Assembly (NCBI GenBank): GCA_963725865.1
Contig: CAVSAC010000014.1
Coordinates: 640,001-704,000, forward strand
DNA: 64,000 nucleotides
Origin: Candidatus Eiseniibacteriota bacterium
GTDB lineage: Bacteria; Eisenbacteria; RBG-16-71-46
Direction of reading: 5' to 3'
Within the stretch, counting starts at the first letter, position 1. Each line of letters starts with the position of its first letter. The position numbers and the translations under genes are program-made. Below the pieces are notes generated by a model that was not told where the DNA came from, made no database searches, and worked only from the letters and a program-made list of their open reading frames with translations. Shown here in pieces: positions 31,975 to 41,248 of this stretch.

Positions 31975-32882
31975 GCGGTCCTCGGCGCGGGCGCGCGGGC
32001 CAGCCGGCGTGCCGCTTCCGCCGGAGTCGCGGCCAGCAGGCCGGCGGCACCCCAGTCCTCGAGCGCGAACGTGGCGCTGACGGCGCCGCGCGCGAGCGCG
32101 TCGTCGAGCGGCTCGCCCGCCAGCAGTCCCGCCAGCACGCCGGCCGCGAAGCAGTCGCCCGCGCCGGTCGGATCCACGACCCGCGCGGGCACGGCCGCCC
32201 ACGGGTGCAGGCGGTCGGCGCGCAGGTCGAAGAGCACGCCGCCGCGCGCGCCGTGCTTGAACACCACGTAGCGCAGCCGTCCGCCCGCGAGCCGGCCCAG
32301 CGCCGCGCGGGGATCGCGCGCGGCGCCCGGCAGCCGGCACTCGTCCTCGCCCAGGAAGAACACGTCGACGTGGGCGAGCACGCTCCGCCACTCGGCGAGC
32401 GTGTCCTCGGCGACCGGCACGTGGGGATCGAGCGCGATCAGGGCGTCCGACCGGCGCGCCAGGTGCTCGACCAGCGGGCGCTGCACCTCGAGCGGCACCG
32501 GCGCGATGTGGAACGCGCGGGCGCCGGCATATGCCGCCGGCAGGTCGCCCGGGGCCGGCGAGACCTCGGCGTGGCTCGGGCAGCCGAGCCGGTGCACCAC
32601 GCGGCGGATCGCGCCTTCGTAGAGCAGCCACGTGCGCACTCCGTCGCGCCCCAGCGGCCGGACGCCCGCCAGGTCCACGCCGCGCGCGGCGAGTGCCTGG
32701 AGCGCCGAGGGCGGGTAGTCGTCGCCGCGCACGCTCGACACCCCGACCTTCAGCCCCCACAGCGTGGCCGCCAGCGACGCGTAGAGCGTGGCGCCGCCCG
32801 GCTCGGCCATGCGGGTGCGGCCGTCGGCGAACACGAGGTCGTCGACCAGCAGGTTGCCAAGGACGACCAGGTCGAGACTCAT
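31971..32882 (-). CDS. PfkB/ribokinase family kinase
   Basis: PGGATLYA, VFKHGARG and DPTGAGDCF; ATGA-coupled on both sides. Confidence 0.9.
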   Translation of the reverse strand: MSLDLVVLGNLLVDDLVFADGRTRMAEPGGATLYASLAATLWGLKVGVSSVRGDDYPPSALQALAARGVDLAGVRPLGRDGVRTWLLYEGAIRRVVHRLGCPSHAEVSPAPGDLPAAYAGARAFHIAPVPLEVQRPLVEHLARRSDALIALDPHVPVAEDTLAEWRSVLAHVDVFFLGEDECRLPGAARDPRAALGRLAGGRLRYVVFKHGARGGVLFDLRADRLHPWAAVPARVVDPTGAGDCFAAGVLAGLLAGEPLDDALARGAVSATFALEDWGAAGLLAATPAEAARRLARAPAPRTA

Positions 32883-33703
32883 CGCGGGCCCTGGAGCCCC
32901 GCGAAGGTGCGCGCGATCGAGCGCGCGCGGTCGGGATCGAGCGCCGCCGACCACACGCCGCCGCGCTTGACCGAGGATCCGACGATGAACCCGTCGGCGT
33001 CGTCGAAGCGCGCCAGGTTCGTCCCGTCGAGGCCCGAGCCCACCAGCACCGGCACCCCGACCGCCGCGCGCACCGCCCGCACCTCGTCCACGTCGGCCGG
33101 GCGGCCGGTCGCGGCCCCGGTCACGATCACGCCGTCGGCCAGGAAGAACTCCGCAGCGAGCGCGGTCTCGACCAGGTCCACGTCGGCGGTGAGCGCGTGC
33201 GAGGAGTGCTTCTTCTTGACGTCCGCGAACACCCGCACCGACTCGGCGCCGATCGCGCGCCGGTAGCGCAGCAGCTCGCCGGCGTCGGACTCGATCAGTC
33301 CCTCGTCGGCGACGTGGGCGAACACGAAGCCCTCGACCCGCACGAACGACCCGCCGCAGGCGGCCGCCACCGCGAGCGCCTCGCGGTTGGCGCCGGCCAG
33401 CACCTGCACGCCAAGCGGCAGCGCCACCTCGCGCCGCACCTCGCAACCCACCCGGGTCATCGCGGCCACGATCTCGGGGCCGACCGTGCGCTTCAGGTAG
33501 GGGCGGTCGTGCATGTTCTCGATCATCAGCGCCGTGAACCCCAGCTCGCGATAGACGCGCGCCTCGTCCACCGCCCGCTCGACGATGCGCTCGAGCGGCT
33601 CGGCCGCGGCCGGGGTGCCCGGCAGGGCGCCGACGTGGATCATGCCGATGAGCGCCCGCGGCGCGGAGAACAACGACGTCATGAGGGTGCGGCGGTCGGA
33701 CAT
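32879..33703 (-). CDS. BtpA/SgcQ family TIM-barrel protein
   Basis: IGMIHVGALPGTP, IENMHDRPY, ADVKKKHS, DGVIVTG and VLVGSG. Confidence 0.9.
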   Translation of the reverse strand: MSDRRTLMTSLFSAPRALIGMIHVGALPGTPAAAEPLERIVERAVDEARVYRELGFTALMIENMHDRPYLKRTVGPEIVAAMTRVGCEVRREVALPLGVQVLAGANREALAVAAACGGSFVRVEGFVFAHVADEGLIESDAGELLRYRRAIGAESVRVFADVKKKHSSHALTADVDLVETALAAEFFLADGVIVTGAATGRPADVDEVRAVRAAVGVPVLVGSGLDGTNLARFDDADGFIVGSSVKRGGVWSAALDPDRARSIARTFAGLQGPR

Positions 33704-33869
33704 GGCGGGCTCCGGGGTGGCGCGAGGGATCGCGGCGACTCTAGCGCAGCGCCCGCGGGCGCGCACGAAGCCTTGGAGGCGCCCGGCGCTTGGACTAGAT
33801 TCGCGAACGCACGGGGGCGGCACACCGCGCGCCCGCGCCCCGCGAGGGCCGCCCGACCGGAGGAACACC

Positions 33870-34520
33870 ATGCCGACCGCACGCTGCTGCGCCTCGTCCA
33901 CCCGCCCGCTGACCGCGTCGCTGCTGGTGCTCGCGCTCGCCGTGCCGATCGGCGGCTGCGCGACGTCCGGGCTCACCGAGCAGTGGCGCGACACCCAGTA
34001 CGCCGCCCACCCGCTGACGAAGGTGCTGGTCATCGGCGTCAAGAAGGACCCGACGCGCCGCCGCATGATGGAGGATGCGTTCGTGGCCGCGCTCGCGAAG
34101 CACGGCGCCACCGCGACCGCCTCGTACCGCCTGTTCGCAGACGACCTCCCGGACACCCAGCAGGTCGTCGACGTGGTGCGCGCGAACGGCTACGACGGCG
34201 TGCTGGTGTCGTCCAAGCTGGCGAGCGTCACGAGCACACGCGAGGTCCCCGGCTACTCGACGCGCGAGTCGCGGTCGCGCTACGACCCGTGGGCGCAGCG
34301 GTACCACTCGTATTTCGTCGAGGTCCACCACGACGGCTACACCGAGACGGAGCGCCTGGTGCGCCACCGCGTCGACGTGTGGGTCGCGGGGAACGGCGGC
34401 CGCCTGGTGTGGACCGCGATCGGCAGCAGCGTCGATCCCGGATCCGGGGCCGAGGTGGACCACGACATCACGAGCCACGTGGTGCCCTCGCTGGTCAAGG
34501 CGGGCCTCGTCGCGAAGTGA
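33870..34520 (+). CDS. hypothetical lipoprotein (DUF4136-like)
   Basis: GGAGG RBS; IGGC lipobox; RRMMEDAFV and LVWTA. Confidence 0.7.
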   Translation: MPTARCCASSTRPLTASLLVLALAVPIGGCATSGLTEQWRDTQYAAHPLTKVLVIGVKKDPTRRRMMEDAFVAALAKHGATATASYRLFADDLPDTQQVVDVVRANGYDGVLVSSKLASVTSTREVPGYSTRESRSRYDPWAQRYHSYFVEVHHDGYTETERLVRHRVDVWVAGNGGRLVWTAIGSSVDPGSGAEVDHDITSHVVPSLVKAGLVAK

Positions 34521-34540
34521 CCGCGGCGCTCCCGCGCACG

Positions 34541-34572
34541 CGAAGGCCCGGGGCGGCAGCCCCGGGCCTTCG
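34541..34572. terminator. perfect 14-bp hairpin between convergent genes
   Basis: cgaaggcccggggc-ggca-gccccgggccttcg; no U-tract. Confidence 0.65.
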
Positions 34573-34630
34573 TGCTGGAGCGCGATCACGTGCGTGCGCG
34601 ACGGGAACCCCGGACCGACGGATGCCGGCG

Positions 34631-36460
34631 CTACGCCGCTTCGCGCGCGCCGGTGTCCTGGCGCATCGGCAGCTCGACGACGAACGTGCTGCCCTCGCCC
34701 GGCCGGCTCTCCGCGCTCAGCGTGCCACCGTGCGCCTCGATGATGGCGCTCGCGATCGGCAGTCCCAGCCCGAGGCCCGGGGCGTCGAAGTCCAGGCCGG
34801 CCGAGGAGCGGTGCTTGAGCGGGTCCCCGGGCGTGAACCCGTCGGCCAGTACCGCCTCGAGGCGGTCCGGCTCGATGCCGACGCCGGTGTCCTGCACCTC
34901 GATCCGCAGCCGCCCCGCCCGCTCGCGTGCCCGTACGATCACGCGGCCCCCGTCGGGCGTGAAGCGGATGCCGTTCGTGATCAGCTGGAACAGCGCCTGC
35001 TCGAGGCTCTCGGCATCCGCCTCGACCTTCTCCTCGATCCGCGGGCAGTCGATCTCGACGCTCACCGTCCGTCCGGTGCCGGCCGCCAGTCCCGCCCCGA
35101 CCGCGCCGCGCAACAGCGCGCCCACGTCGTGCGGCTGCAGGTCGAGCACCACGCGTTCGCCCTTCACGCGCGCGAACCGCGCCGCGTCCTCGGCCAGCCG
35201 CGTCAGTCGCGTGAGATGGGTGCGCATGGTGTCGAGCGCCTGGCGCTGGTTCGGCGTCAGCGGTCCCAGTCCGCCGCCGACGAACACGTCGTGGTAGCCG
35301 ATCAGCACGCTGATCGGGGTGCGCAGCTCGTGGGACGCCACGCTCAGGAAGCGGCTCTTCAGCCGCGTGGCCTGCTCGAGACTGCCGAGATAGGCGCGCT
35401 CGCGGCGCCGCATCTCGTCGAAGCGCGTGGCGAGGTAGCCCAGCTCGTCGTTGGCGCGCACGTCGAGCGGATGGTCGTAGTTCCCATGCTCCATCTCCTG
35501 CGCGCCGCGCACCAGGTGCTGCACCGGTCGCAGGACCTGCTCGCTGAACAGCAGCCCGGTCACGAGTGCCGCCAGCAGCGCGATCGCCGCCAGCACCAGC
35601 AGGTCGCGGCGCATGCGGCTCTGGAACGAGGTCTCGGGATCGAACGAGCGCTGCATCACGTAGTACTGCCGGGTCCCTTCAGCGGAGCCCGGGAGGCGCC
35701 GGACGACCGTGAGGTAGGTGGTGCGCGGCGCCCGCACGCGCTCGACCCGCGCGCGGCTGATGTCGGACTGCGCCGCCATGTCCAGGGTCTCGAGCACTCG
35801 CACCAGCGCGGTCTTGTCGCCGGGGGCCTCGAGCGTAGTGCCCGTGATCGTGGGGCCGGAGAAGAACGTGACCTGGCAGTACATCTCGGCCTTCAACTCG
35901 CGCGCGAGGCTCGGCCCGATCTCGCTCCCCAGCAGGAGCGCGCCCACGATGCGCCCATCCGCGCGGACCGGCACCAGCGCGACCTGGTAGTGGGCCCGCG
36001 GCTCGATCAGGATGCCCTCGACCGGCGAGCCACGCAGCACGTGGGACACGAACTCCGCGCGCGCCGCCGCCGACGAGGACACCGTGCCGACCGAGGCCAG
36101 CACCCGGCCGCGGCGGTCGAGGACCTCGAACAGGTCGGTCTGCGCGATCAGGTTGAAGTCCTTCGCCATGTCGCGGACGGTGTTGACGAAGCGGCTGTCG
36201 CGCTGGGCCGGGCCCAGCATCAGCAGCGAGAAGAAGCGCGGATCGCGCGCGATCACCCGCCCGCCGCCGGCCAGCTCGCGCGAGCGGGTCTCGAGCATGC
36301 TCTCGAACACCGCGACGGAGCGTCGCAGGCTCTCGTGGATGCTCGAGGAGTCCACGTGCTCGGTGACGTTGTGGCTCACCGTCGCGAGGGTGGCCACCGC
36401 GAGAGTGGCCGGCGTGACCACCACCAGCAGGAGGATCTTCCAGCGCAGGCTGATCTTCAT
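34631..36460 (-). CDS. membrane sensor histidine kinase with HAMP domain
   Basis: Two TM helices flank a periplasmic domain; DELGYLA HAMP, SHELRTP H-box, N-box LITNGIRF, DTGVGI and GLGLGL. Confidence 0.93.
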   Translation of the reverse strand: MKISLRWKILLLVVVTPATLAVATLATVSHNVTEHVDSSSIHESLRRSVAVFESMLETRSRELAGGGRVIARDPRFFSLLMLGPAQRDSRFVNTVRDMAKDFNLIAQTDLFEVLDRRGRVLASVGTVSSSAAARAEFVSHVLRGSPVEGILIEPRAHYQVALVPVRADGRIVGALLLGSEIGPSLARELKAEMYCQVTFFSGPTITGTTLEAPGDKTALVRVLETLDMAAQSDISRARVERVRAPRTTYLTVVRRLPGSAEGTRQYYVMQRSFDPETSFQSRMRRDLLVLAAIALLAALVTGLLFSEQVLRPVQHLVRGAQEMEHGNYDHPLDVRANDELGYLATRFDEMRRRERAYLGSLEQATRLKSRFLSVASHELRTPISVLIGYHDVFVGGGLGPLTPNQRQALDTMRTHLTRLTRLAEDAARFARVKGERVVLDLQPHDVGALLRGAVGAGLAAGTGRTVSVEIDCPRIEEKVEADAESLEQALFQLITNGIRFTPDGGRVIVRARERAGRLRIEVQDTGVGIEPDRLEAVLADGFTPGDPLKHRSSAGLDFDAPGLGLGLPIASAIIEAHGGTLSAESRPGEGSTFVVELPMRQDTGAREAA

Positions 36461-36462
36461 CG

Positions 36463-37128
36463 TCACTTCACCAGGTCCAGCACGAGGTCGCCGCGCCTGG
36501 GGACCTCGGCCGCGCACGTGAACTCACCGGAGCGCGGGTGGAACACGTGCACCGTGTAGGTGCCCGGCGGCAGCTTCGGCAGGCGGTAGTGCCCGACCGA
36601 GTCCGGCCGCGCGTAGGCGTGGTTGGGCGTCACGACCACGTAGCCCAGCTCGTCCGGATGGATGTCGCAGTGCAGGTTGACCACCCCGGCGCGGTCGAAC
36701 CGCACCGTGTCGCGGGAGCCCGGCGCGTGCTTGCCGAGGTCGAAGCGACGAGCGGGCGAGACGCTGAAGATGTTGTGATACACGCGGTCGAGGTTGAGGA
36801 ACACGACCTGCGTCCCGATCGGGACCATCGCCACGCGCGGATTGAACTGCGTGCGCTGGACGACGGTCAGCACCCGCGGCCGCGGCGACGCGTGGAAGAA
36901 CAGGAACCGCCGCGGCCGCGAGAGGTCGCGCTCGGTCTGCTCGGAGACCTGCTCGACGAAGATCACCGCATCGGTGACGCCCGGCTGGCGCTGCAGCGCG
37001 GCGGCGGCGGGCTTCGTCCGCGGCGGACGCGCGCCGAGCAGCAGCGTGCCCGTGATGACGCCGGCGGTGGCGCTGGTAGCGACCAGCGTCAGCGCGATCA
37101 CGAAGCCGGCCATCGCCGGATGCCGCAT
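36463..37128 (-). CDS. secreted cupredoxin-like protein with carboxypeptidase-regulatory-like tail
   Basis: Signal peptide; FNPRV, NLDRVYHNIFS, FDLG, CDIHPDE and LPPGTYTV; GGAGG RBS. Confidence 0.7.
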   Translation of the reverse strand: MRHPAMAGFVIALTLVATSATAGVITGTLLLGARPPRTKPAAAALQRQPGVTDAVIFVEQVSEQTERDLSRPRRFLFFHASPRPRVLTVVQRTQFNPRVAMVPIGTQVVFLNLDRVYHNIFSVSPARRFDLGKHAPGSRDTVRFDRAGVVNLHCDIHPDELGYVVVTPNHAYARPDSVGHYRLPKLPPGTYTVHVFHPRSGEFTCAAEVPRRGDLVLDLVK

Positions 37129-37452
37129 GCCTCCTCCGTGGGGCGCAGGCCGCACCGGGGGGCGCGGGGGCTCCCGCGCGGGTGCGCCTGAGTTCGCCAC
37201 CTTCATCGGCAGGAATGCGTGCGGTATTGAGGACGCATTCGGGGCCCCGCGGCCGTGCTCGCGCGGGAGGGGGTCGGCGACCGCGATCTGAAGGGCGGCG
37301 ATCGCGGCAGCGTCCGCCCTGGCTGCGAGCGCGAATCCGAGCGCCCCGCGGGGCCCGCTCGCGTTTCGGACGCCACGGCGCGGGCCGGCGCCCGCGCCGT
37401 GCGCCCTGCCCCGCCGGGATGTGGTGGCCCGGCGCGGCTCAGGATCCTGCGA

Positions 37453-37611
37453 CTACGGGGTCAGCCCGCACGAGCCACCGCCGCATCCGCCACAGGACGT
37501 GCAGCAGCCCTGCGGACAGTCGCTCGCGGCGCTCGTGGTGTCGCCCGCGATCGCGAGCGATCCGAGCGAGAGCAATCCCAGCACCAGCATGACCATCAGA
37601 TTGCGCTTCAT
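37453..37611 (-). CDS. 52-aa secreted Cys-rich micro-protein
   Basis: AGGAG RBS; MKRNLMVMLVLGLLSLGSLAIA signal followed by GDTTSAASDCPQGCCTSCGGCGGGSCGLTP. Confidence 0.7.
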   Translation of the reverse strand: MKRNLMVMLVLGLLSLGSLAIAGDTTSAASDCPQGCCTSCGGCGGGSCGLTP

Positions 37612-37690
37612 GATCGGACTCCTGGGTTCATGTGCGTGACGTCCGCGTCGTGGTGGGACCACGCGCGGGATCCACGAACGGGCAGAGCGA

Positions 37691-38240
37691 TCAGGCGCGG
37701 GGCGGTGCGCGCGCGAGCGGTGGCGCGTGCGGCGCGGCGAGCACCGCGGACCGCGCGCAGGGCGCGTCGATGCGCTCCGGGGGGCCGGCCCGCGGCTGGA
37801 GATCGCAGGCCGGGACGAGGTTCGCGAGCAACGGCGCCGCGATCGGCGCGGGCAGTTCGAGCGGGCGGACGACGAGGCCGTTCGCCGGCGGGTGGAGGCA
37901 CCACACGTGGTCGCCGAACGGCGGCGGATCGGGCTCGCAATCGCACGGCCGCACGCACCCACTGCCAGATGCGGCGCAGGCCGCCGCGGACGGTGCGCAC
38001 GCGCATTCGCATCCGCCCGCGACGGTGCGCCGTCCGTCGACCCGTGCGCACGGCGGCGGCATCGGCCGCCGCCGCGCAGGGGTCGACGAGGCTCGCGCCA
38101 CCGGCCGTCGGTCCGGTCGCGCACGCCGTGCGGCACGCGGCCCAATCGATCGGACACCACTCGAACGACGGCAGCGCGATCCACAGCGCCAGTGCCAGCG
38201 CGAGGGGAGTCAGGGCGCGGTGTCGCGAGCGAGCGATCAT
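37691..38240 (-). CDS. Cys-rich exported protein ending in RAPP (DUF2946/CruR-like leader), one frameshift near 38060
   Basis: N-terminal hydrophobic helix; about 15 Cys across the two frames; C-terminus PPLARAPPRA. Confidence 0.55.
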
Positions 38241-38613
38241 GCGGACAGTCTCGGCCCGCCCTTCGCCCGCAGGTGTCCGGGGCGCGCAAAGAGATCGCTC
38301 CCGCGTTTTCGAGCCCACCCGTCGTGAACTCGCGGCGACCGCGTGAGGCTGATGGTCAGCCTTTGGCCGGCGTCGCCGGGATCGCCAGGGCACGGACGTG
38401 CTCACGTGCGAGCGCCCGCTCCCCGAGCCGACGACGGCGTGCGTCCCAGTGACTCGGACCGTCGGACGGTCCGCCAGTGGTGCGAGATCCCGCCAGATCG
38501 CCCAGTGCGGATTCAGCTCGGCGTCGGCGCCGTACCGCGTGGGGTGATGGTAGCCGGCGAAGCCCTCCGCCCGATCGCCGACCTCGGCGAGGATCGCGAA
38601 GCCATCGCCGCGC

Positions 38614-39087
38614 TCACCCGCGCGGCGTGCCCCCCCAGGACTGCGGGTCGACGTCGGCGATGGTCTGCGTGAAGGTCCAGCGATGGCCCTCGGGATCCTC
38701 GGCGGTGTACTGGCGTTCTCCGTACGGGTGGTCGGCCGGCGGCAGGACGATCCGCGCCCCGGCCTGGCGGGCTCGTTCGTGATGCGCGTCCACGTCGGGC
38801 ACCCGCACCATCACCGAGTGCGTCGCGCCCGTGGTGGCCATCGACCCCGGCTGCCGCGCATCGGATGCCGCGGCGCCGACACCACGCTCCGCCACGACGA
38901 GCGCGCCGTCGCCGAACGCGAGCTGGGAGCGATGGTCCGCGATCTGCAGCCGCTCCGTGAAACCGAACGCGCGCCCGAGCCACGCGACCGCACCGCGCAC
39001 GTCGGCGTAGGCCAGCACCGGAATGACCGTGCTCGGCGGGATCGAGCGATTGAGCGGCAGGGGCCGCATGGAGTCGGGGGGTGTCAT
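38614..39087 (-). CDS. VOC/glyoxalase family protein
   Basis: IPVLAYADVRGAVAWLGRAFG, VPDVDAHHERA and YGERQYTAEDPEGHRWTF. Confidence 0.88.
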   Translation of the reverse strand: MTPPDSMRPLPLNRSIPPSTVIPVLAYADVRGAVAWLGRAFGFTERLQIADHRSQLAFGDGALVVAERGVGAAASDARQPGSMATTGATHSVMVRVPDVDAHHERARQAGARIVLPPADHPYGERQYTAEDPEGHRWTFTQTIADVDPQSWGGTPRG

Positions 39088-39115
39088 GAGCACGCTCCCA
39101 TGGTGGCGCTGGCGG

Positions 39116-39304
39116 TCAGGGCTTGCGACCGCGCGCGAGGCTGAGCACGCGGAACGCCCACAGCGAGAGCGCCGCGGCGGCGATGGTGATGAGCACATAC
39201 CAGGGATCCTTCAGGAGGTGCGGCCCTTCCTCGATCATCCGCCAGATGTGGGCCACGACGAGCAGGGCGAACACCGCGCCGGTGGTCATGACGTAGGCCT
39301 TCAC
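39116..39304 (-). CDS. small 2-TM membrane protein
   Basis: GGAGG RBS plus GTG; MKAYVMTTGAVFALLVVAHIWR... Confidence 0.65.
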   Translation of the reverse strand: MKAYVMTTGAVFALLVVAHIWRMIEEGPHLLKDPWYVLITIAAAALSLWAFRVLSLARGRKP

Positions 39305-39321
39305 GCGATTGCCTCCTGGAG

Positions 39322-39834
39322 TCAGGGCTGCCGCAGCACGGCCTCGTAGACCGCGAGATCGCCGGGCGAGAAGCACGCGAACACCACCATCTCGAGGACG
39401 GGGCATTCCATCGCGGCCGAACGCACCGTTGCAACCGCAATCCTGGCCGCCTGCTCGATGGGGTACCCGTAGATCCCGGTGCTGATGCTCGGGAACGCGA
39501 GCGTGCGAACCCGGCTCGCGGCCGCGACCTCGATCGAACGCCGGTAGCAGGAGGCCAGGAGCTCGGGCTCGCGATTCCCACCGCCGCTCCACACCGGGCC
39601 GACGGTGTGGATCACGAACCGGGCCGGGAGCCGGTGGCCCTTCGTGAGCCTGGCGTCGCCGGTCGCGCAGCCGCCGAGCGCGCGGCACTCGAGCAGCAGC
39701 CCGGGGCCGGCGGCGCGATGGATCGCCCCGTCCACGCCACCGCCACCGAGCAGCGAGGAGTTCGCGGCATTGACGATCGCGTCGACCGCGAGCGTGGTGA
39801 TGTCGGCTCGGAGCGCGCGCAGCTCAGCGGGCAT
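39322..39834 (-). CDS. macro-domain O-acetyl-ADP-ribose deacetylase (YmdB-like)
   Basis: [35 protein letters not shown] and [12 protein letters not shown]. Confidence 0.93.
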   Translation of the reverse strand: MPAELRALRADITTLAVDAIVNAANSSLLGGGGVDGAIHRAAGPGLLLECRALGGCATGDARLTKGHRLPARFVIHTVGPVWSGGGNREPELLASCYRRSIEVAAASRVRTLAFPSISTGIYGYPIEQAARIAVATVRSAAMECPVLEMVVFACFSPGDLAVYEAVLRQP

Positions 39835-40501
39835 GATCGGCGCCCGGATCCCAGAAGTCGCCCGTCAGGCCCAGCCCCTCGAAGATGCCACGCATCTCCG
39901 CCGCGGCCGGACGCCGGGAGTCCGGCTGCAGGCGCGATCCGTACCAGGTGACGGCCATCTGCCAGAGCTGATCCATGCGGACCACCGGATTCGGGGTGAC
40001 TCCTCGCGCACGACACCACTCCGCGATCCGTTCCTCCGACCGGAAGAAGAGCATCGTGCTTCAGGTGTAGACGATATCGGTCCACCACCGCGCCGCCGGC
40101 ACGAGGCAGTGGAACAGCCACGTCGACGGCTCGGGCCCGTCGTCGCCGAGCCCCAAGCGGAGGGGCTCGAGGCTCTGCTCGCAGCGCGAGCGCACGAGTC
40201 CCGGCCGGCGCAGCGCCGCGACGATCCCGAGGGCATCCCAGGCGCAGTTGGCGTGGTACGTGACGCCGTCGACGTCGACCTGATGCTGGGTCGGGACGCC
40301 GGAGAAGGGGGGCGCCATGCGAATGGTGCGCCCGTCCGGTTCGAGCACCAGCAGCCGGTTCGCCCGCAGTCGAGCGTAGGCCTGCTCGATGGTCGCGGGC
40401 GCCGCGCCCACGCGTCGCGCGACCTCGTCGATCCGCGGTGGCGTGCCGGTCTCGGCGGTCGCGTGGTAGACGGCGAGCTTGACCGCGGTGTCGAAGTCCA
40501 T
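39824..40501 (-). CDS. alkylmercury lyase (MerB)-like protein with in-frame TGA at 40061-40063, probable selenocysteine
   Basis: N-terminal HTH-like segment, PPFSGVPT and ANCAWD; the two ORFs are in the same frame, reading [18 protein letters not shown]; hairpin downstream of the TGA. Confidence 0.8.
40031..40048 (-). promoter_or_regulatory. putative bacterial SECIS element
   Basis: UUCUUCC-GGUC-GGAGGAA stem-loop starting 13 nt after UGA; G-initiated apical loop with a 19-nt spacer from the UGA. Confidence 0.6.
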
Positions 40502-40509
40502 CGGTCCGC

Positions 40510-41154
40510 TCAGCGTCTCGCGAACTTGAGGTGCGTCACGGTCGGCGTGGCGACCGTTCGCACCAGCTCGAGCCCGTGCAGATCGTCGCCGATTCCATCG
40601 AACAGTCGCTCGCCACGACCGAGGAGCACCGGCGCGAGACTCAGCTCCATCTCGTCCACGAGGCCGGCCTCGAGGTACTGCCGCGCCGCGCTCGCTCCGC
40701 CGGCGAGCGTGACATCGAGCCCGCTGGCGGCGCGCCGCGCCTGTTCGAGCGCCGACTCGATGCCGCCGGTCACGAACGTGAACGTCGTTCCGCCCTGCAT
40801 CACGAGCGGCTCGCGTGCGTGGTGCGTGAGCACGAACACGGGGTGATGGAACGGCGGGTCGTCGCCCCACCAGCCGTTCCACGGCTGCTCGGCCTTCCAC
40901 GGTCCGGGATGACCGCCGAACATGTTTCGCCCCATCACCGTCGCTCCGATGCCGGCGAGCGACTCCTCGATCACCCGCGTGCTCTCGTTGACCTCGCCGC
41001 CTTCGAGGCCGACCAGCGCTCGCCACGCCGCGAGCGGGTACACCCATTCGTGCAGTCGCTTGCCGCCGACGCCGAGCGGATGCTGCACGCTCTGGTCGGG
41101 GCCGGCGACGAAGCCGTCGAGCGAGATCGAGATCTTGAAACGCAGCTTGGGCAA
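40510..41154 (-). CDS. dihydrofolate reductase/RibD C-terminal family protein
   Basis: SISLDGFVAGP, VMGRNMF, PVFVLTH and GLVDEMELSLAPVLLGRG. Confidence 0.88.
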   Translation of the reverse strand: MPKLRFKISISLDGFVAGPDQSVQHPLGVGGKRLHEWVYPLAAWRALVGLEGGEVNESTRVIEESLAGIGATVMGRNMFGGHPGPWKAEQPWNGWWGDDPPFHHPVFVLTHHAREPLVMQGGTTFTFVTGGIESALEQARRAASGLDVTLAGGASAARQYLEAGLVDEMELSLAPVLLGRGERLFDGIGDDLHGLELVRTVATPTVTHLKFARR

Positions 41155-41248
41155 GCGCTACCTCGCCTGGGAGATGGTCCACCGAGCGGCCCGTCGATGC
41201 GGCGACGGCCGGAAACCTACCATCGACGACGCCGGATTCGCTGAGTGG

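Noticed and set aside
39824..40501. Mercury-resistance operon, or simple nonsense pseudogene
   Set aside because: No merA/merR/merT/merP nearby; the stop is TGA exactly at the expected Cys position with a downstream hairpin, which favours recoding
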